Shown: positions 8,104 to 17,729, numbered from the stretch's first letter. The stretch is DNA of 64,000 nucleotides from Bacteriovoracia bacterium (GCA_050251055.1 JBFWNL010000006.1:1-64000); one strand, 5' to 3'. The notes: a model not told the origin generated them from the letters alone. A program made the numbers and translations.

Positions 8104-9186
8104 CTATTCGGCGCCGTTCATGACCATGCTCGTGATGGCCCCGGCGTCGTCATGGACCTGTCCGAGGTATTCCGAAATCGCCTTGGCCAGGCGATCCGAG
8201 ACGTTGCTCATGTTCGGTGGCGATTTTTTGCTGATGAAGAACTTCGCGATGTCCGAAAAGATGTTCTTGCTCTTGCGGACGCCGATCAGGCGCTCGACGT
8301 CGGCCAGCAGCTGGCGGCCGCGCTCTGATTCGCGCGAATAGAGGGTGATAAACTCGCCCATCTTCTCGAAATCGCGGCGGGTCAGGTTGATGCCGCTGCG
8401 GTTCGGATCGTTCTTGCTCCACTGCCAGTACTCACGCATGCGGGCCTGGCGTTTGTCTTTTCCGGCGCGGTTCTCCGGTTGTTTGTAGGCTTTCAAGCTC
8501 TGGTCGTACACCTGGCTGGTGAACTTGCCTTCATAGAACATGCGGTGATCGCTTTGGCCGCCGTGGAACGCACCGATTAAGGTGACTTGCAGGAGAGCGT
8601 CGTCCCACTTGAAGGAACCGAGATTTCCCACCAGGTGACGTTTCTCTTCCGCCGCGTAGACGGAGATGAAGTCGGTAGCGACCACTTGGGTGAAGTCGTT
8701 CAGGTTGCGGTACCCCGAGGTATCGCAGTTGGCGATGACCTTGATAATGGCCGCGTAAAACTCCTTGAGTTCGTCTGGATTGCCGTGGATGACCTTATCA
8801 AGGAAGTCGAGATACTCTTTATCGGAAGGGTCGTTGACTTTGCCGCCGGGCCCGAGGCTGTAGCTGCGGCCGCCCATTTCGCTATCTTTCGGATAGTTCA
8901 CGTGCCAGGTGCTGTTCTCACGGTTCAGGCGAATGGTCACGCAGCGTCCCTTGTCCAAGGCCTCTTGGTTGCCCAAACGGCCACGGTTGCCGTCGGCCAC
9001 GCGATCCATGGCGGGTTGGACTTCATCTTTCATCAACTCCAGGAAGGTTTTCTTCCCGGTGTAACTGCCGAGTTCGAACCCTTCCACGCAGCTAAAACGA
9101 TCGCCGGGTAGAGTGCCGGCGAACGCGGTCGACATCCAGGCGCCGGCCGCGGCCAGCGCAAAAACAGAAAACTTCTTCTGAAACAT
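8104..9186 (-). CDS. Hypothetical secreted protein
   Basis: MFQKKFSVFALAAAGAWMSTAFA signal peptide, AAAGGG RBS, own terminator, genome-like codon usage. Confidence 0.8.
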   Translation of the reverse strand: MFQKKFSVFALAAAGAWMSTAFAGTLPGDRFSCVEGFELGSYTGKKTFLELMKDEVQPAMDRVADGNRGRLGNQEALDKGRCVTIRLNRENSTWHVNYPKDSEMGGRSYSLGPGGKVNDPSDKEYLDFLDKVIHGNPDELKEFYAAIIKVIANCDTSGYRNLNDFTQVVATDFISVYAAEEKRHLVGNLGSFKWDDALLQVTLIGAFHGGQSDHRMFYEGKFTSQVYDQSLKAYKQPENRAGKDKRQARMREYWQWSKNDPNRSGINLTRRDFEKMGEFITLYSRESERGRQLLADVERLIGVRKSKNIFSDIAKFFISKKSPPNMSNVSDRLAKAISEYLGQVHDDAGAITSMVMNGAE

Positions 9187-9333
9187 TGAAATACCCTTTC
9201 CTAACGGTTTAACCCTTAAATCTAACGGCGGTATAACGCGTAAGGTCAACCAAATCAACTCGCCGCATAAATATAAATGACAGGATTTGCTGACGTATTG
9301 CGTCAAAAATGTCAGCTTTTGGAAACTAAAGGG

Positions 9334-10053
9334 TTATTTAGACCGCTTGGCGGGTTGTATCGCCAGGTACCGCTTCCGCTTTATTTCCGGCATCCGTTCG
9401 ATCGCGTACCGAAGCATCGTGCGTGGCATGCGCGGCCCGTGCTTGCGCAAGAACTGCTCGAGCACGGCTTCGTTACGTTTGCCTACTTCCCGTAGCATCC
9501 AGCCGCAGGCTTTGTGCAGTAGATCCTCTTCGTCGTCGAGCAGGGCTTCGCAGATCTCCAGGCACTTCCGGAAGTCGCGCTGGCGAATGGAGTAGAAAGT
9601 CGAGACGATGGCGATGCGCCGATCCCACAGCGTGGGGGACTTCGCCAGGCGATCCAAGACGGACGCATCCTTGCCGTGCAGATGCTCGCCCAGGATGTAG
9701 GGCGCGGAGGCGTCGACCAGGTTCCAGTTGTTCACCCGTCGCTTATGCTTAAGATAAAGCTGCGCGATGCGAGCACGTTGCGTGGGCGTACCGCGCTGAT
9801 AGCTGTCCACCCAAAGCAAGAGCGCGAGCAGTCGATCTTCGTTGACCGGTGAAGAGAGGATTTTTACCGCGTCATCGGGAGGAGTGCCGCGGAAGCGTTT
9901 GACGACGGCGCGAACCTGCGGAACCACCACGCCGATAAACCGATCTCCCTCGCCATACTGACCGGGACCGGTTTTAAAGAACCACTCCAAAACATCTTTT
10001 TTCTCGGGCTTCGCGTACTCGCGCAAGGCGGTCTGGGCGGGATGGAGCTTCAT
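9334..10053 (-). CDS. AlkD-family DNA alkylation repair protein
   Basis: FFKTGPGQYGEGDRFIGV, NNWNLVD, LWDRRIAIV, DLLHKACGWMLREVGK, MPRTMLRYAIE. Confidence 0.9.
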   Translation of the reverse strand: MKLHPAQTALREYAKPEKKDVLEWFFKTGPGQYGEGDRFIGVVVPQVRAVVKRFRGTPPDDAVKILSSPVNEDRLLALLLWVDSYQRGTPTQRARIAQLYLKHKRRVNNWNLVDASAPYILGEHLHGKDASVLDRLAKSPTLWDRRIAIVSTFYSIRQRDFRKCLEICEALLDDEEDLLHKACGWMLREVGKRNEAVLEQFLRKHGPRMPRTMLRYAIERMPEIKRKRYLAIQPAKRSK

Positions 10054-10106
10054 GGCTGGCATTAAAACAGAGTGGCGCGGGGTTGAAAAGTTGGTAAAAG
10101 ATCCAA

Positions 10107-10550
10107 GTGAGTGAAGTAAGGAATATCTTCGTGCCGCCGGGAGGCCCCCCCCAAGGGCCCTGGCCAAGCCCCGAGCTTTATCAGGCGATGGGGGAAGAAA
10201 ATATTTTTAAGATGTTAGAGGATTTTTACCTAGAGCTGGACCGGTCCTCCATTCGGGAGCTTTTCCCACCGGGTACGGACGCGATGCGCGAAGCGTCTAA
10301 GAAGTCGGCTGCTTTCTTCGTGGGCCTCATGGGAGGGCCACCGCTTTTTCACCAGCGTTACGGCGACCCGATGATGCGTAGGCGCCATTTCCGGTTTAAA
10401 ATCGACGTGAAGGCCCGAAATGTGTGGCTCGAATGCTTCGAGCGCGTGCTCGTGGACGCGGAAACGAAATACGCTTTTCCGCCGGAACACCTGCCGGACT
10501 TTCGGAAATTTCTCGACGGATTTTCCATGTGGATGGTGAACGCGGAGTGA
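10107..10550 (+). CDS. Group II truncated hemoglobin
   Basis: LYQAMG, DFY (B9-B10), GLMGGPPLF, RRRHFRFKI (F8 His), G8 Trp in NVWL. Confidence 0.88.
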   Translation: MSEVRNIFVPPGGPPQGPWPSPELYQAMGEENIFKMLEDFYLELDRSSIRELFPPGTDAMREASKKSAAFFVGLMGGPPLFHQRYGDPMMRRRHFRFKIDVKARNVWLECFERVLVDAETKYAFPPEHLPDFRKFLDGFSMWMVNAE

Positions 10551-10557
10551 AGAAAAC

Positions 10558-11415
10558 TTGAAACAGTACAGTTCTCGATTACTCAAGGCGGTGGCATGCG
10601 TGTTCATGTTCTTCCCCCTGCTTTATCCCGCCTTCATCGCCGTATTTTTCGATATTCCCGTTGGGAAGCTCGTAACCGTTTTGCTTTCGCCGGTTTTTTA
10701 TCTACTGAGCGCGGTAGTGGTCGCCGCCGGTTACGGGCTTTGGGAGATGCATCGTTGGGGCTGGTACGTGTTCCTCTTCGCCAGCGGCTTGATCGTTTAC
10801 GAGAACGCGGTCATGGTCACCAATTACGGGGAAACGCACCACAAGGTGGTTTCGTTCGTGCTATCCGTCCTGCCGCTCATTCTCCTGGTATACCGCATCT
10901 ACCGCGAGATCTTCGTGCCCTACTTCATGCCGCGCATCCGCTGGTGGGAGAGTAACACTAAATATCGCATCTACATTCCGGTGCAGATGAAGCTCGAGGA
11001 TGGATCCCAGCTAGACGGACGTATCCTGGACCTTTCGCTCAAGGGATGCTTCATCAAGTTGCCGATGCAGATCCGTGCGAACGCTCCGGTCAACCTCACC
11101 TTCAAAGTCTTTGGCCAGGATATCGAATGTTACGGACGCGCGGTTTGGATTACCTCGAGCACGGTGACGCTCCCGCGCGGCGCGGGCGTTAAGTTTTTCA
11201 AGCTGCCCCGTCCGGTAAAGGCGCGGTTGAAAACCGTGGCCGCGCGGCTGCATAAGCTGTCGAACCTTTACCGACGCGAGCGAAATCAAGATCAGCAAAA
11301 AGAGTTTCTCCAGCTCCTGGACGAACTTCAGTACGCGCCGAGCACGACTAAGGCCGAAGCGAAATCGGAAACCAAGCCCGATTCGAAAGACGACGTGTCG
11401 TCGGGGCAATCATGA
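10558..11415 (+). CDS. Membrane protein with C-terminal PilZ domain
   Basis: About 4 TM helices, then PRIRWWE and ILDLSLKGCFI (DxSxxG), GAGVKF. Confidence 0.78.
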   Translation: MKQYSSRLLKAVACVFMFFPLLYPAFIAVFFDIPVGKLVTVLLSPVFYLLSAVVVAAGYGLWEMHRWGWYVFLFASGLIVYENAVMVTNYGETHHKVVSFVLSVLPLILLVYRIYREIFVPYFMPRIRWWESNTKYRIYIPVQMKLEDGSQLDGRILDLSLKGCFIKLPMQIRANAPVNLTFKVFGQDIECYGRAVWITSSTVTLPRGAGVKFFKLPRPVKARLKTVAARLHKLSNLYRRERNQDQQKEFLQLLDELQYAPSTTKAEAKSETKPDSKDDVSSGQS

Positions 11416-11867
11416 CCGATTCGGATTCAGGCCTAAGTTACATGGAGCAGGCCCTGGAACTCGCCGGCCGGGCGGCGAACGAGGACGAAGTACCCGTGGG
11501 CGCGGTGGTTGTGCACGAAGGGAAAGTGATCGGCACCGGTTATAACTTGCGCGAGACCCGACAGGATCCCACGGCCCATGCCGAGGTGATCGCGCTCCAA
11601 GCCGCCGCGACGGCGATCGGAAGTTGGCGATTGATCGATTGCGATCTTTACGTGACGTTGGAGCCCTGTGTGATGTGCCTGGGCGCGTGCAGCCTCGGGC
11701 GCGTGCGCAAAGTCATTTATGCCGCGCAGGACCCCAAGGGTGGGGCGATTTCCCTCGGGTATTCGATCCCGGGTGACGTACGGCTCAACCATCGTTTCGA
11801 AGTGGATTACCAGCCGCATCCGCGCGCGCGCGAATTACTGCAGGATTTTTTCCGTAAAAGACGGTAG
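11412..11867 (+). CDS. tadA: tRNA adenosine(34) deaminase
   Basis: EVPVGAV, DPTAHAE, LYVTLEPCVMC, LQDFFRKRR. Confidence 0.93.
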   Translation: MTDSDSGLSYMEQALELAGRAANEDEVPVGAVVVHEGKVIGTGYNLRETRQDPTAHAEVIALQAAATAIGSWRLIDCDLYVTLEPCVMCLGACSLGRVRKVIYAAQDPKGGAISLGYSIPGDVRLNHRFEVDYQPHPRARELLQDFFRKRR

Positions 11868-11876
11868 TCTTCGGGC

Positions 11877-12329
11877 ATGGCACTCGCGCTTCGTTTTTCG
11901 GCCCTTTCCCTGGCGGCTTCCGTCGATCAACAAACCGGCAATCTTTCGGTCTTCGAGGTATTGGAAGAAATTCGCACACCCCAGATTCCCATCCATATCC
12001 AGACGCTCGTGATCAGCCTGGCGCTGGAAAATACCCAGCCTGAAAACTTCCAGGGAAAAGTATTCATTCATCACCTTACTCCGGATGGAAAGCAGCATAA
12101 GATCGGTTCGGGGGACTTGAATGTCCCGGACGCTCAACGCCGGATCAAGGCCGTGTTCCGTTTCGGCGCCTTTCCGATCACGGCGTTCGGCGCGCACCGG
12201 ATCGTGGTTTCCTGGCTGGACGCATCGAACACGAAACAGGGAGAGGCGATTTTTGACTTCGAAGTGATCCAGGCCGCGCAAGTGGCGCCGAAGGCCACAC
12301 CTTCCGATAAGCCGAATGTTACTCACTAA
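11877..12329 (+). CDS. Hypothetical beta-rich protein (DUF6941-like)
   Basis: VDQQTGNLSVFEV, GAHRIVV; operon context. Confidence 0.65.
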   Translation: MALALRFSALSLAASVDQQTGNLSVFEVLEEIRTPQIPIHIQTLVISLALENTQPENFQGKVFIHHLTPDGKQHKIGSGDLNVPDAQRRIKAVFRFGAFPITAFGAHRIVVSWLDASNTKQGEAIFDFEVIQAAQVAPKATPSDKPNVTH

Positions 12330-13110
12330 CGCCCTTCGCTGGTTCCGCGAGAACTTACTGCGGTGGCTCGTGCTCGGTTCGATTTACGCCGTCACCTTGG
12401 GGGTTGTGCTCCAGCCTTTTCTCGAAAAGATCTTGGAAACGCGGGTCTCCGTCGCGAGGTTGGGCGCGATCGTGCTCGGGCTGATTGGCGCGGCCACGCT
12501 TTTGGAACGCGTGCGCGGCTATTTCGGCTTTTTTTCCGCTCCGCTGCGCTGCTCCTCCTTGGCGCGGCTGTATCTCGCGCATCAGTTTCGCCGTATCAAT
12601 CCTTGGTTGACGGTCGTGATCGCTGGGGCGTCGGTTATGCTCTTTCCCGAGGGACATGAACGTGCTTGGGCATTCGCGGTCCAAATCCTCGTGCAACGCG
12701 AGCTCATGAGCGTGCAGCGCTGGAGGAATCTCGTGCATTTCGCCGGCACGGCGGACGGTCCGGGCGGCATGTTGGAGGGTTTGTGGGTTTCCCAAGGTTG
12801 GCAAGCGGCGGCGGCTTGGATGCTGGCCGCTATCTGCGGATTGGGTTTCGGCGTGGATAGCTGGGAGATTGCGGCCGCGGCGTTGGGCGGGGCGATGGCG
12901 GGAATTTCGGTGGCTTGGGAAGGCGACGCCGGTCGGCCGGGATTGGTGAACTTTATCTCGCTCGCCGCGGGCTGCCTGGCCACCGCCGTTTGCCTGGGAT
13001 CGCCCTGGGCGTTACTCGCGGTCGCGTATTTCGCCGCCAAGTGCCGGGGCCTGGCCGCCAACCGATTTAAAAGCGTGGACTCATTTCATGAAGACTTCGT
13101 CATCCCATAA
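12316..13110 (+). CDS. Multi-pass membrane protein, possible ABC permease
   Basis: Several hydrophobic segments; overlaps both neighbours, upstream of an ABC ATPase. Confidence 0.6.
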   Translation: MLLTNALRWFRENLLRWLVLGSIYAVTLGVVLQPFLEKILETRVSVARLGAIVLGLIGAATLLERVRGYFGFFSAPLRCSSLARLYLAHQFRRINPWLTVVIAGASVMLFPEGHERAWAFAVQILVQRELMSVQRWRNLVHFAGTADGPGGMLEGLWVSQGWQAAAAWMLAAICGLGFGVDSWEIAAAALGGAMAGISVAWEGDAGRPGLVNFISLAAGCLATAVCLGSPWALLAVAYFAAKCRGLAANRFKSVDSFHEDFVIP

Positions 13111-13795
13111 CATCACTTTTCATGACTGGCAGGTAGGCTACGTGGCCGGGCGCGCGCTGATTCGCATGAACTCCGTCACGGGCTCGCCCAGCTTCGGGCC
13201 CGGAATTCACGGTATGGTGGCCCCGAATGGAATCGGCAAGACGAGCTTCTTGCAAACCCTGGCGGGCGTGCTGAGCCCACTTGCGGGGTGGGTAGAGTGG
13301 GACGGAAAGAAGCTCAATCCGGGAGCGAACGTGCTCTATTTTTCCGAATACCTCAGCTTCCCGAAATACATCTATCCCACCGAGTGGATCGAGTTCGTTT
13401 CGGGAAAAAAGTGGGACGACCGCCTGCAACCCTGGGTGGATAAGTTTCGCCTCACGAATCGGATGCAGGTTTTCCTGGGACAGATGAGTCACGGCGAGCG
13501 GCGGAAGGTGAATTGGCTCGCGGCTCTCGCGTCGCCTAAACCCATTGTTTTGCTCGATGAGCCCTTTAATGGCTTGGACCTGCTCGCCTTTGCGTCCGCC
13601 CGCGAGGCGATCACACGGTTTCGCGAAGAGGGCCGGATCGTGCTCCTGGTAAGCCACCAAATCATCGATATGGCGGGTGCCTGTGACGCGATCTACGTCA
13701 CCCGCGGCGAGGCGTGGCAGCTTTGGCCCGCGCAGAAAGACATCGCCGATCCGACGGCTTTGCGTGCCGGGCTGCTCGAGTTCTATCGGCAGTAG
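13088..13795 (+). CDS. ABC transporter ATP-binding protein
   Basis: Walker A APNGIGKT, signature MSHGE, Walker B VLLDEP, H-loop VSH. Confidence 0.9.
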   Translation: MKTSSSHNITFHDWQVGYVAGRALIRMNSVTGSPSFGPGIHGMVAPNGIGKTSFLQTLAGVLSPLAGWVEWDGKKLNPGANVLYFSEYLSFPKYIYPTEWIEFVSGKKWDDRLQPWVDKFRLTNRMQVFLGQMSHGERRKVNWLAALASPKPIVLLDEPFNGLDLLAFASAREAITRFREEGRIVLLVSHQIIDMAGACDAIYVTRGEAWQLWPAQKDIADPTALRAGLLEFYRQ

Positions 13796-13838
13796 GCGAA
13801 CGAGAGATTGCACGAATCCCGCCATTTAATTGACATGT

Positions 13839-13866
13839 AAAAGTTCCGTCCGGGGTTTACCGATAG
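13839..13866 (+). promoter_or_regulatory. Candidate sigma28 (FliA) promoter
   Basis: AAAAGTTC-N12-ACCGATAG, 7 nt before ATG 13874. Confidence 0.5.
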
Positions 13867-13873
13867 GAGTGAC

Positions 13874-14395
13874 ATGGAATTATCCCCGCGCTACGCGCGT
13901 TTTGTCAGCTATATCGTCGATAACCTGCTCATCCAGCTCGTGGCCCTCGCCGGAGCGGCGGTAGGTGGATTGATCGCGACCTTAGTCGTGCAAACCCGAA
14001 ATTTTCCGCCGGACACGGTGGCTAGCGCCGTGAACGCCGGCCGGGTGATGGGTGGATTGTTCTGGGGGTTCGCGGCTTGGATTTTAAACTGCGTGGTGCT
14101 TCAAGGACTGACCGGCGCGAGCGTCGGTAAGCAGGTGTTCGGTTTGCGGGTGCAAGGAGCAATGGGCGAGACCCCGAGCTTCGGAAAGATGGCGGGCCGG
14201 GCGATCGCGCAAGCGATCATGAGCACGCCCTATTTCGTGCTCTCGCATCTGGTGATTTTCTTCACGAAAAACAAGCAAGGGCTGCATGATTTGATGTGCG
14301 GCACCGTTGTCGTGCGCCGGCCGGTCGCGAAGGTCATCCCGCTGCTTGCGCCTGCCGCAGTTTCCTCGGCGGATGCCGAAAGAAAAGCCGCTTAG
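13874..14395 (+). CDS. RDD family protein
   Basis: RFVSYIVD, GASVGKQVFGLRV, KQGLHDLMCGTVVV. Confidence 0.9.
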   Translation: MELSPRYARFVSYIVDNLLIQLVALAGAAVGGLIATLVVQTRNFPPDTVASAVNAGRVMGGLFWGFAAWILNCVVLQGLTGASVGKQVFGLRVQGAMGETPSFGKMAGRAIAQAIMSTPYFVLSHLVIFFTKNKQGLHDLMCGTVVVRRPVAKVIPLLAPAAVSSADAERKAA

Positions 14396-15030
14396 ATCGG
14401 GGATTCGGGGATCCCGCGTACACCTAGGACGCGGTCGAAGTTCTTGAATGTTTCGGCGCCGTCGTCGAGTAGGCGCCGTCCGTTGCATAATAGGGGCTCG
14501 TCCGGAAAGTCGAGATTCTCCGTCGCATTTACGTCCGTGAGCGGATGTCTATCCATTTCGGACAGCACGAGTTCCACCCAGCGCGCGAATTTCGGGTCGC
14601 TCGGAGTCTCGAGCTCCGCGATTCCCTCGGGGAAGTATCGATAAAATCGGGGGTAGTCCTTCGACCAAAGCAGCGGCGGTGAGTACTGGGGATGGATATC
14701 GGGATTTCCCCCGCGTTTTTTGTAAGAGACGGCGGCGGTGAGATCGACGGTTTCGCCGAACTGCGTGGCCACCCAGAAGTGCGAGTGGTCCTTCCAGGCA
14801 CCGGTCCAGACGGGGGTCGAATTCTCTAGCACTTCGACCCACGCCGCGCGACCGTACATCACATCGGCGCGAATGTCGTACTTCGCCAGGCGCCTTGCTG
14901 CGGCTAGCGCGACGAGCAACGGGAAGTCGGCGCGGTCTCCGGTAATGCGGTCTACTACGCGCGTGGCAATACGACTCACGTCGGCTACGACGGCAAGCGG
15001 GGTTTCTGAATATACTTTTTGATTCGACAT
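14392..15030 (-). CDS. Hypothetical protein
   Basis: 212-aa ORF in an operon downstream of DUF423; HFWV...VDLT motif. Confidence 0.7.
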   Translation of the reverse strand: MSNQKVYSETPLAVVADVSRIATRVVDRITGDRADFPLLVALAAARRLAKYDIRADVMYGRAAWVEVLENSTPVWTGAWKDHSHFWVATQFGETVDLTAAVSYKKRGGNPDIHPQYSPPLLWSKDYPRFYRYFPEGIAELETPSDPKFARWVELVLSEMDRHPLTDVNATENLDFPDEPLLCNGRRLLDDGAETFKNFDRVLGVRGIPESPI

Positions 15031-15037
15031 GATTCCG

Positions 15038-15409
15038 TCACATTCTCCAAAATGAAATGGCAAACAAGGACCAGCCGACTAGGAAGAGCACCCCTCCGAT
15101 CGGGGTGATGGCCCCTAGAATTTTAATGTCGGTCAGTGCCAGCGCGTAGAGGCTGCCGGAAAACACGAAAATTCCCGTAGCAAAAGCAAGCCCCGCCCAA
15201 CGCAATCCGGCGGGAGGAGTGGAGGTGCGCAGCGAGAGCGACGCAATCAACACCAGCGCCAACGCGTGAAAGAACTGATAGTGGGTGGCGGTTTGAAAAA
15301 TCTCCATCGCGCGTGGTGATAGCCGTTCGCGCAGCGCATGCGCGCCAAAGGCGCCCAGCGCAACGGCGAGCAGCCCATACACCGCGCCAAATACGCCCCA
15401 AATTCTCAC
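15038..15409 (-). CDS. DUF423 (YgdD/TMEM256) membrane protein
   Basis: GAFGAHAL, FQTATHYQFFH, FSGSLY, GAITPIGG. Confidence 0.92.
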   Translation of the reverse strand: MRIWGVFGAVYGLLAVALGAFGAHALRERLSPRAMEIFQTATHYQFFHALALVLIASLSLRTSTPPAGLRWAGLAFATGIFVFSGSLYALALTDIKILGAITPIGGVLFLVGWSLFAISFWRM

Positions 15410-17169
15410 GCGTGACCTCGCACCGTCCCGAGCAGCTGCATGCCCCGGGCGACTAGCTCCGCGTGGGGAGCGGATTTTTTCGATAGATCCGCCAGTTGTT
15501 CCCGAAGCTGGGTTTCAAGCGCGGGGTGCTTCTGCGAAAGATCGTCGCTGAGAAGGATTTCCAGGATTTCCAGCCGGCTGAGCCAGTCGTCGGGGTAGCG
15601 GATGGCGAGCTTGCCCACAAGGCTTTCCAGTAGGGTAACTTGAGATTTGCGTTGTTCCCGGAATTCGCGGATCTCGCGATAGATGCCGTTGAGCTCGCGA
15701 TTCTCCGGCGTCAGGTTGGTTTTTTGGCTCTGGGGCGGCTGCTGGTAGCCCCCCGTGGCCCGCAGGTATTCGGCCCGGTCGGCCGCGCCACCAAAGACGG
15801 ACGTGATTTTTTTTCCGCAGGCCATGTCGTAAGTTCCCCAAGCCGGGTCAAAGAGCAGGGTTTGGCCCAGCTTCACCGAGCAGTCGGTGAAGGGGAGGAC
15901 GAGGTTGCGGCCCTGAGCTTGAATCGGATTCTGTAAACGCCCTTCCACCACGATGCCGGATTCGAATTCGAGCCGGCCTTTTTCACCGTTGGTGAACCCC
16001 ATCTGCTTGAGGTCCGCGTCCGTTAGCTCGGCGGGGGACTTAGCCAATCCACGCACTTTGCCGACGGGGGATCCAAATCCGTGCTGGTGATACTCCGGGC
16101 CTTGGCCTTGAATCTGCCGATCGCCGACCGAAAGTTGCGACGGGCCCTGGTAGCTCAAATAGATCGGCTGGCCGTCGGACCCCGCGTGGAAATCTTTCAG
16201 TACGCCGCTTATCTGCAGACCGCTGTCGTAAACGGCCGTGGTAAGGGTGCCCGCGATCTTGGCTTTGGCAAGAGCTTCCGATCCGCCCTTGCGGAAAGCC
16301 ATGGTGGAAGCGAACTCTTCCAGAACGTCGTTGAGTTTGTCGAACGATGGAGTGACGAACAGTTGAGGCTGTGGACGGGTGATGTCGTAGCTCATGTTCA
16401 GCAAATCAATGGAGATCGGAATTTTTTTTACCGACTCCTTCAAGCAATTATGGCTTTCGGACACCGATGAAAGCAGGCCGGCTCCGTAGATCAAGGGTTG
16501 CCGCAGATCGCCCACCAGGCCGTATTCGACCGTCCACCAGTTCATGCGGGCGAGGTAGGTCGCCTCGCTTACGTAGTCGAGCGCCGCGATCGCGTCGTCC
16601 AGCTGGTTTTGCGCGCGCGCGATGTCGTCGGCGGTGGACCGCGGGTCTTCCTTCACGTCGGAGAGCTTGCGGACGGCGTTGTACACGTTCATGTCTTTAT
16701 AAGAGTAGATCGCCTTGCGCGCGACCTCCCCGTAATGACGAAGATACGTGGCGTATTCGGGATCAGCGAGGATGGGGGCGTGCCCGGCGGCTTCGTGTAC
16801 GATATCGGGCGCCGGCGTATAGGCAATATGATCGATCTGGCGCATGTCGCAGGCGATGGGGAGAATGCCGAGGGACTGGAACTCCATGAATACGGAAGGT
16901 GGGATGAACCCGATGACGCCGACCGCGCGCCAGCCAAATCGGCGCAGGCAGCCGTCCATTTCCTCGATGAGCGGAATGCGCTCGACCGAGATGCCGGTTT
17001 CGGCCAAACCCGCCATGTACTTCTGATGCGCGTGATCTCGAAAGAAGGCCCGTGACACGCGCAGGATGTAGCGCCACGAGGCGTGATCCATCGGTGTGTA
17101 GAGCGTCGGATCCTGCTTGGACACGAACGGCAGCAAATGCTCGGGAATGCTCTCGAGTGGCTTCAACAC
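15406..17169 (-). CDS. phhA: Phenylalanine 4-monooxygenase (long-form aromatic amino acid hydroxylase)
   Basis: YTPAPDIVHEAAGHAP (Fe ligands), WWTVEYGL, IYGAGLLSS, YDITRPQPQLFV. Confidence 0.9.
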   Translation of the reverse strand: MLKPLESIPEHLLPFVSKQDPTLYTPMDHASWRYILRVSRAFFRDHAHQKYMAGLAETGISVERIPLIEEMDGCLRRFGWRAVGVIGFIPPSVFMEFQSLGILPIACDMRQIDHIAYTPAPDIVHEAAGHAPILADPEYATYLRHYGEVARKAIYSYKDMNVYNAVRKLSDVKEDPRSTADDIARAQNQLDDAIAALDYVSEATYLARMNWWTVEYGLVGDLRQPLIYGAGLLSSVSESHNCLKESVKKIPISIDLLNMSYDITRPQPQLFVTPSFDKLNDVLEEFASTMAFRKGGSEALAKAKIAGTLTTAVYDSGLQISGVLKDFHAGSDGQPIYLSYQGPSQLSVGDRQIQGQGPEYHQHGFGSPVGKVRGLAKSPAELTDADLKQMGFTNGEKGRLEFESGIVVEGRLQNPIQAQGRNLVLPFTDCSVKLGQTLLFDPAWGTYDMACGKKITSVFGGAADRAEYLRATGGYQQPPQSQKTNLTPENRELNGIYREIREFREQRKSQVTLLESLVGKLAIRYPDDWLSRLEILEILLSDDLSQKHPALETQLREQLADLSKKSAPHAELVARGMQLLGTVRGHA

Positions 17170-17233
17170 CCCCGTTTTATACCCGAAAGATTGGGGGATC
17201 GCCAGGCTTTCGGGTTTCTGATAGGGTTCGGCT

Positions 17234-17425
17234 ATGGAGCCTCAAACACCCGAAAAAACCCAACCCAAGCAGGTATTGGTGGAGCCCGAGCATCAGGGTT
17301 CAATCTGGACCCATCCTTACATGGTGTACGTATTACTCACGATCGTGCTCTTTTCCGTGCTGCTCGTGGTCGGATACCTGGCGCTAAATAACGACTGGAT
17401 CCCGAATCGGGGGATCGCGAAGTAA
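17234..17425 (+). CDS. Small single-pass membrane protein
   Basis: 63 aa, one TM helix, abuts the DUF2905 gene. Confidence 0.6.
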   Translation: MEPQTPEKTQPKQVLVEPEHQGSIWTHPYMVYVLLTIVLFSVLLVVGYLALNNDWIPNRGIAK

Positions 17426-17426
17426 G

Positions 17427-17660
17427 ATGCCGTCCCCCCTCGGAGTTCTGCCAAAGGTGTTGATTTTCTCGGGCCTCGCGCTAGTGATCGCGGGTTTGCT
17501 CCTGCATTTTGGCGGGAAGTGGTTGCCGTGGGGAAGGTTACCCGGCGATGTAGCCTACGAGCGAGGCGGCGTAAGAGTTTATTTCCCCTGGGTCACGTGC
17601 TTGATCCTGAGCGCGCTTCTTACTTTGGGCGGATATCTTTATCGTTATTTTTCGAAATAA
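17427..17660 (+). CDS. DUF2905 family protein
   Basis: GRLPGDV, VYFPWVTCLILS. Confidence 0.9.
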   Translation: MPSPLGVLPKVLIFSGLALVIAGLLLHFGGKWLPWGRLPGDVAYERGGVRVYFPWVTCLILSALLTLGGYLYRYFSK

Positions 17661-17661
17661 G

Positions 17662-17699
17662 CAGGCCTGGCGTCTCGTTTACTTGAAACGCCAGGCCTG
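17662..17699. terminator. Hairpin between convergent genes
   Basis: 12-bp perfect stem CAGGCCTGGCGT/ACGCCAGGCCTG; no clear U-tract. Confidence 0.55.
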
Positions 17700-17729
17700 G
17701 CCTACGAAGATGGAGAATATTGCTAAATT

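Noticed and set aside
12303-12316. sigma28 -10 (TCCGATAA) before gene 12316
   Set aside because: Lies in coding sequence and has no -35 element at matching spacing
13830-13860. sigma70 promoter at TTGACA 13830
   Set aside because: No acceptable -10 at 16-18 nt; the overlapping sigma28-like pattern fits better
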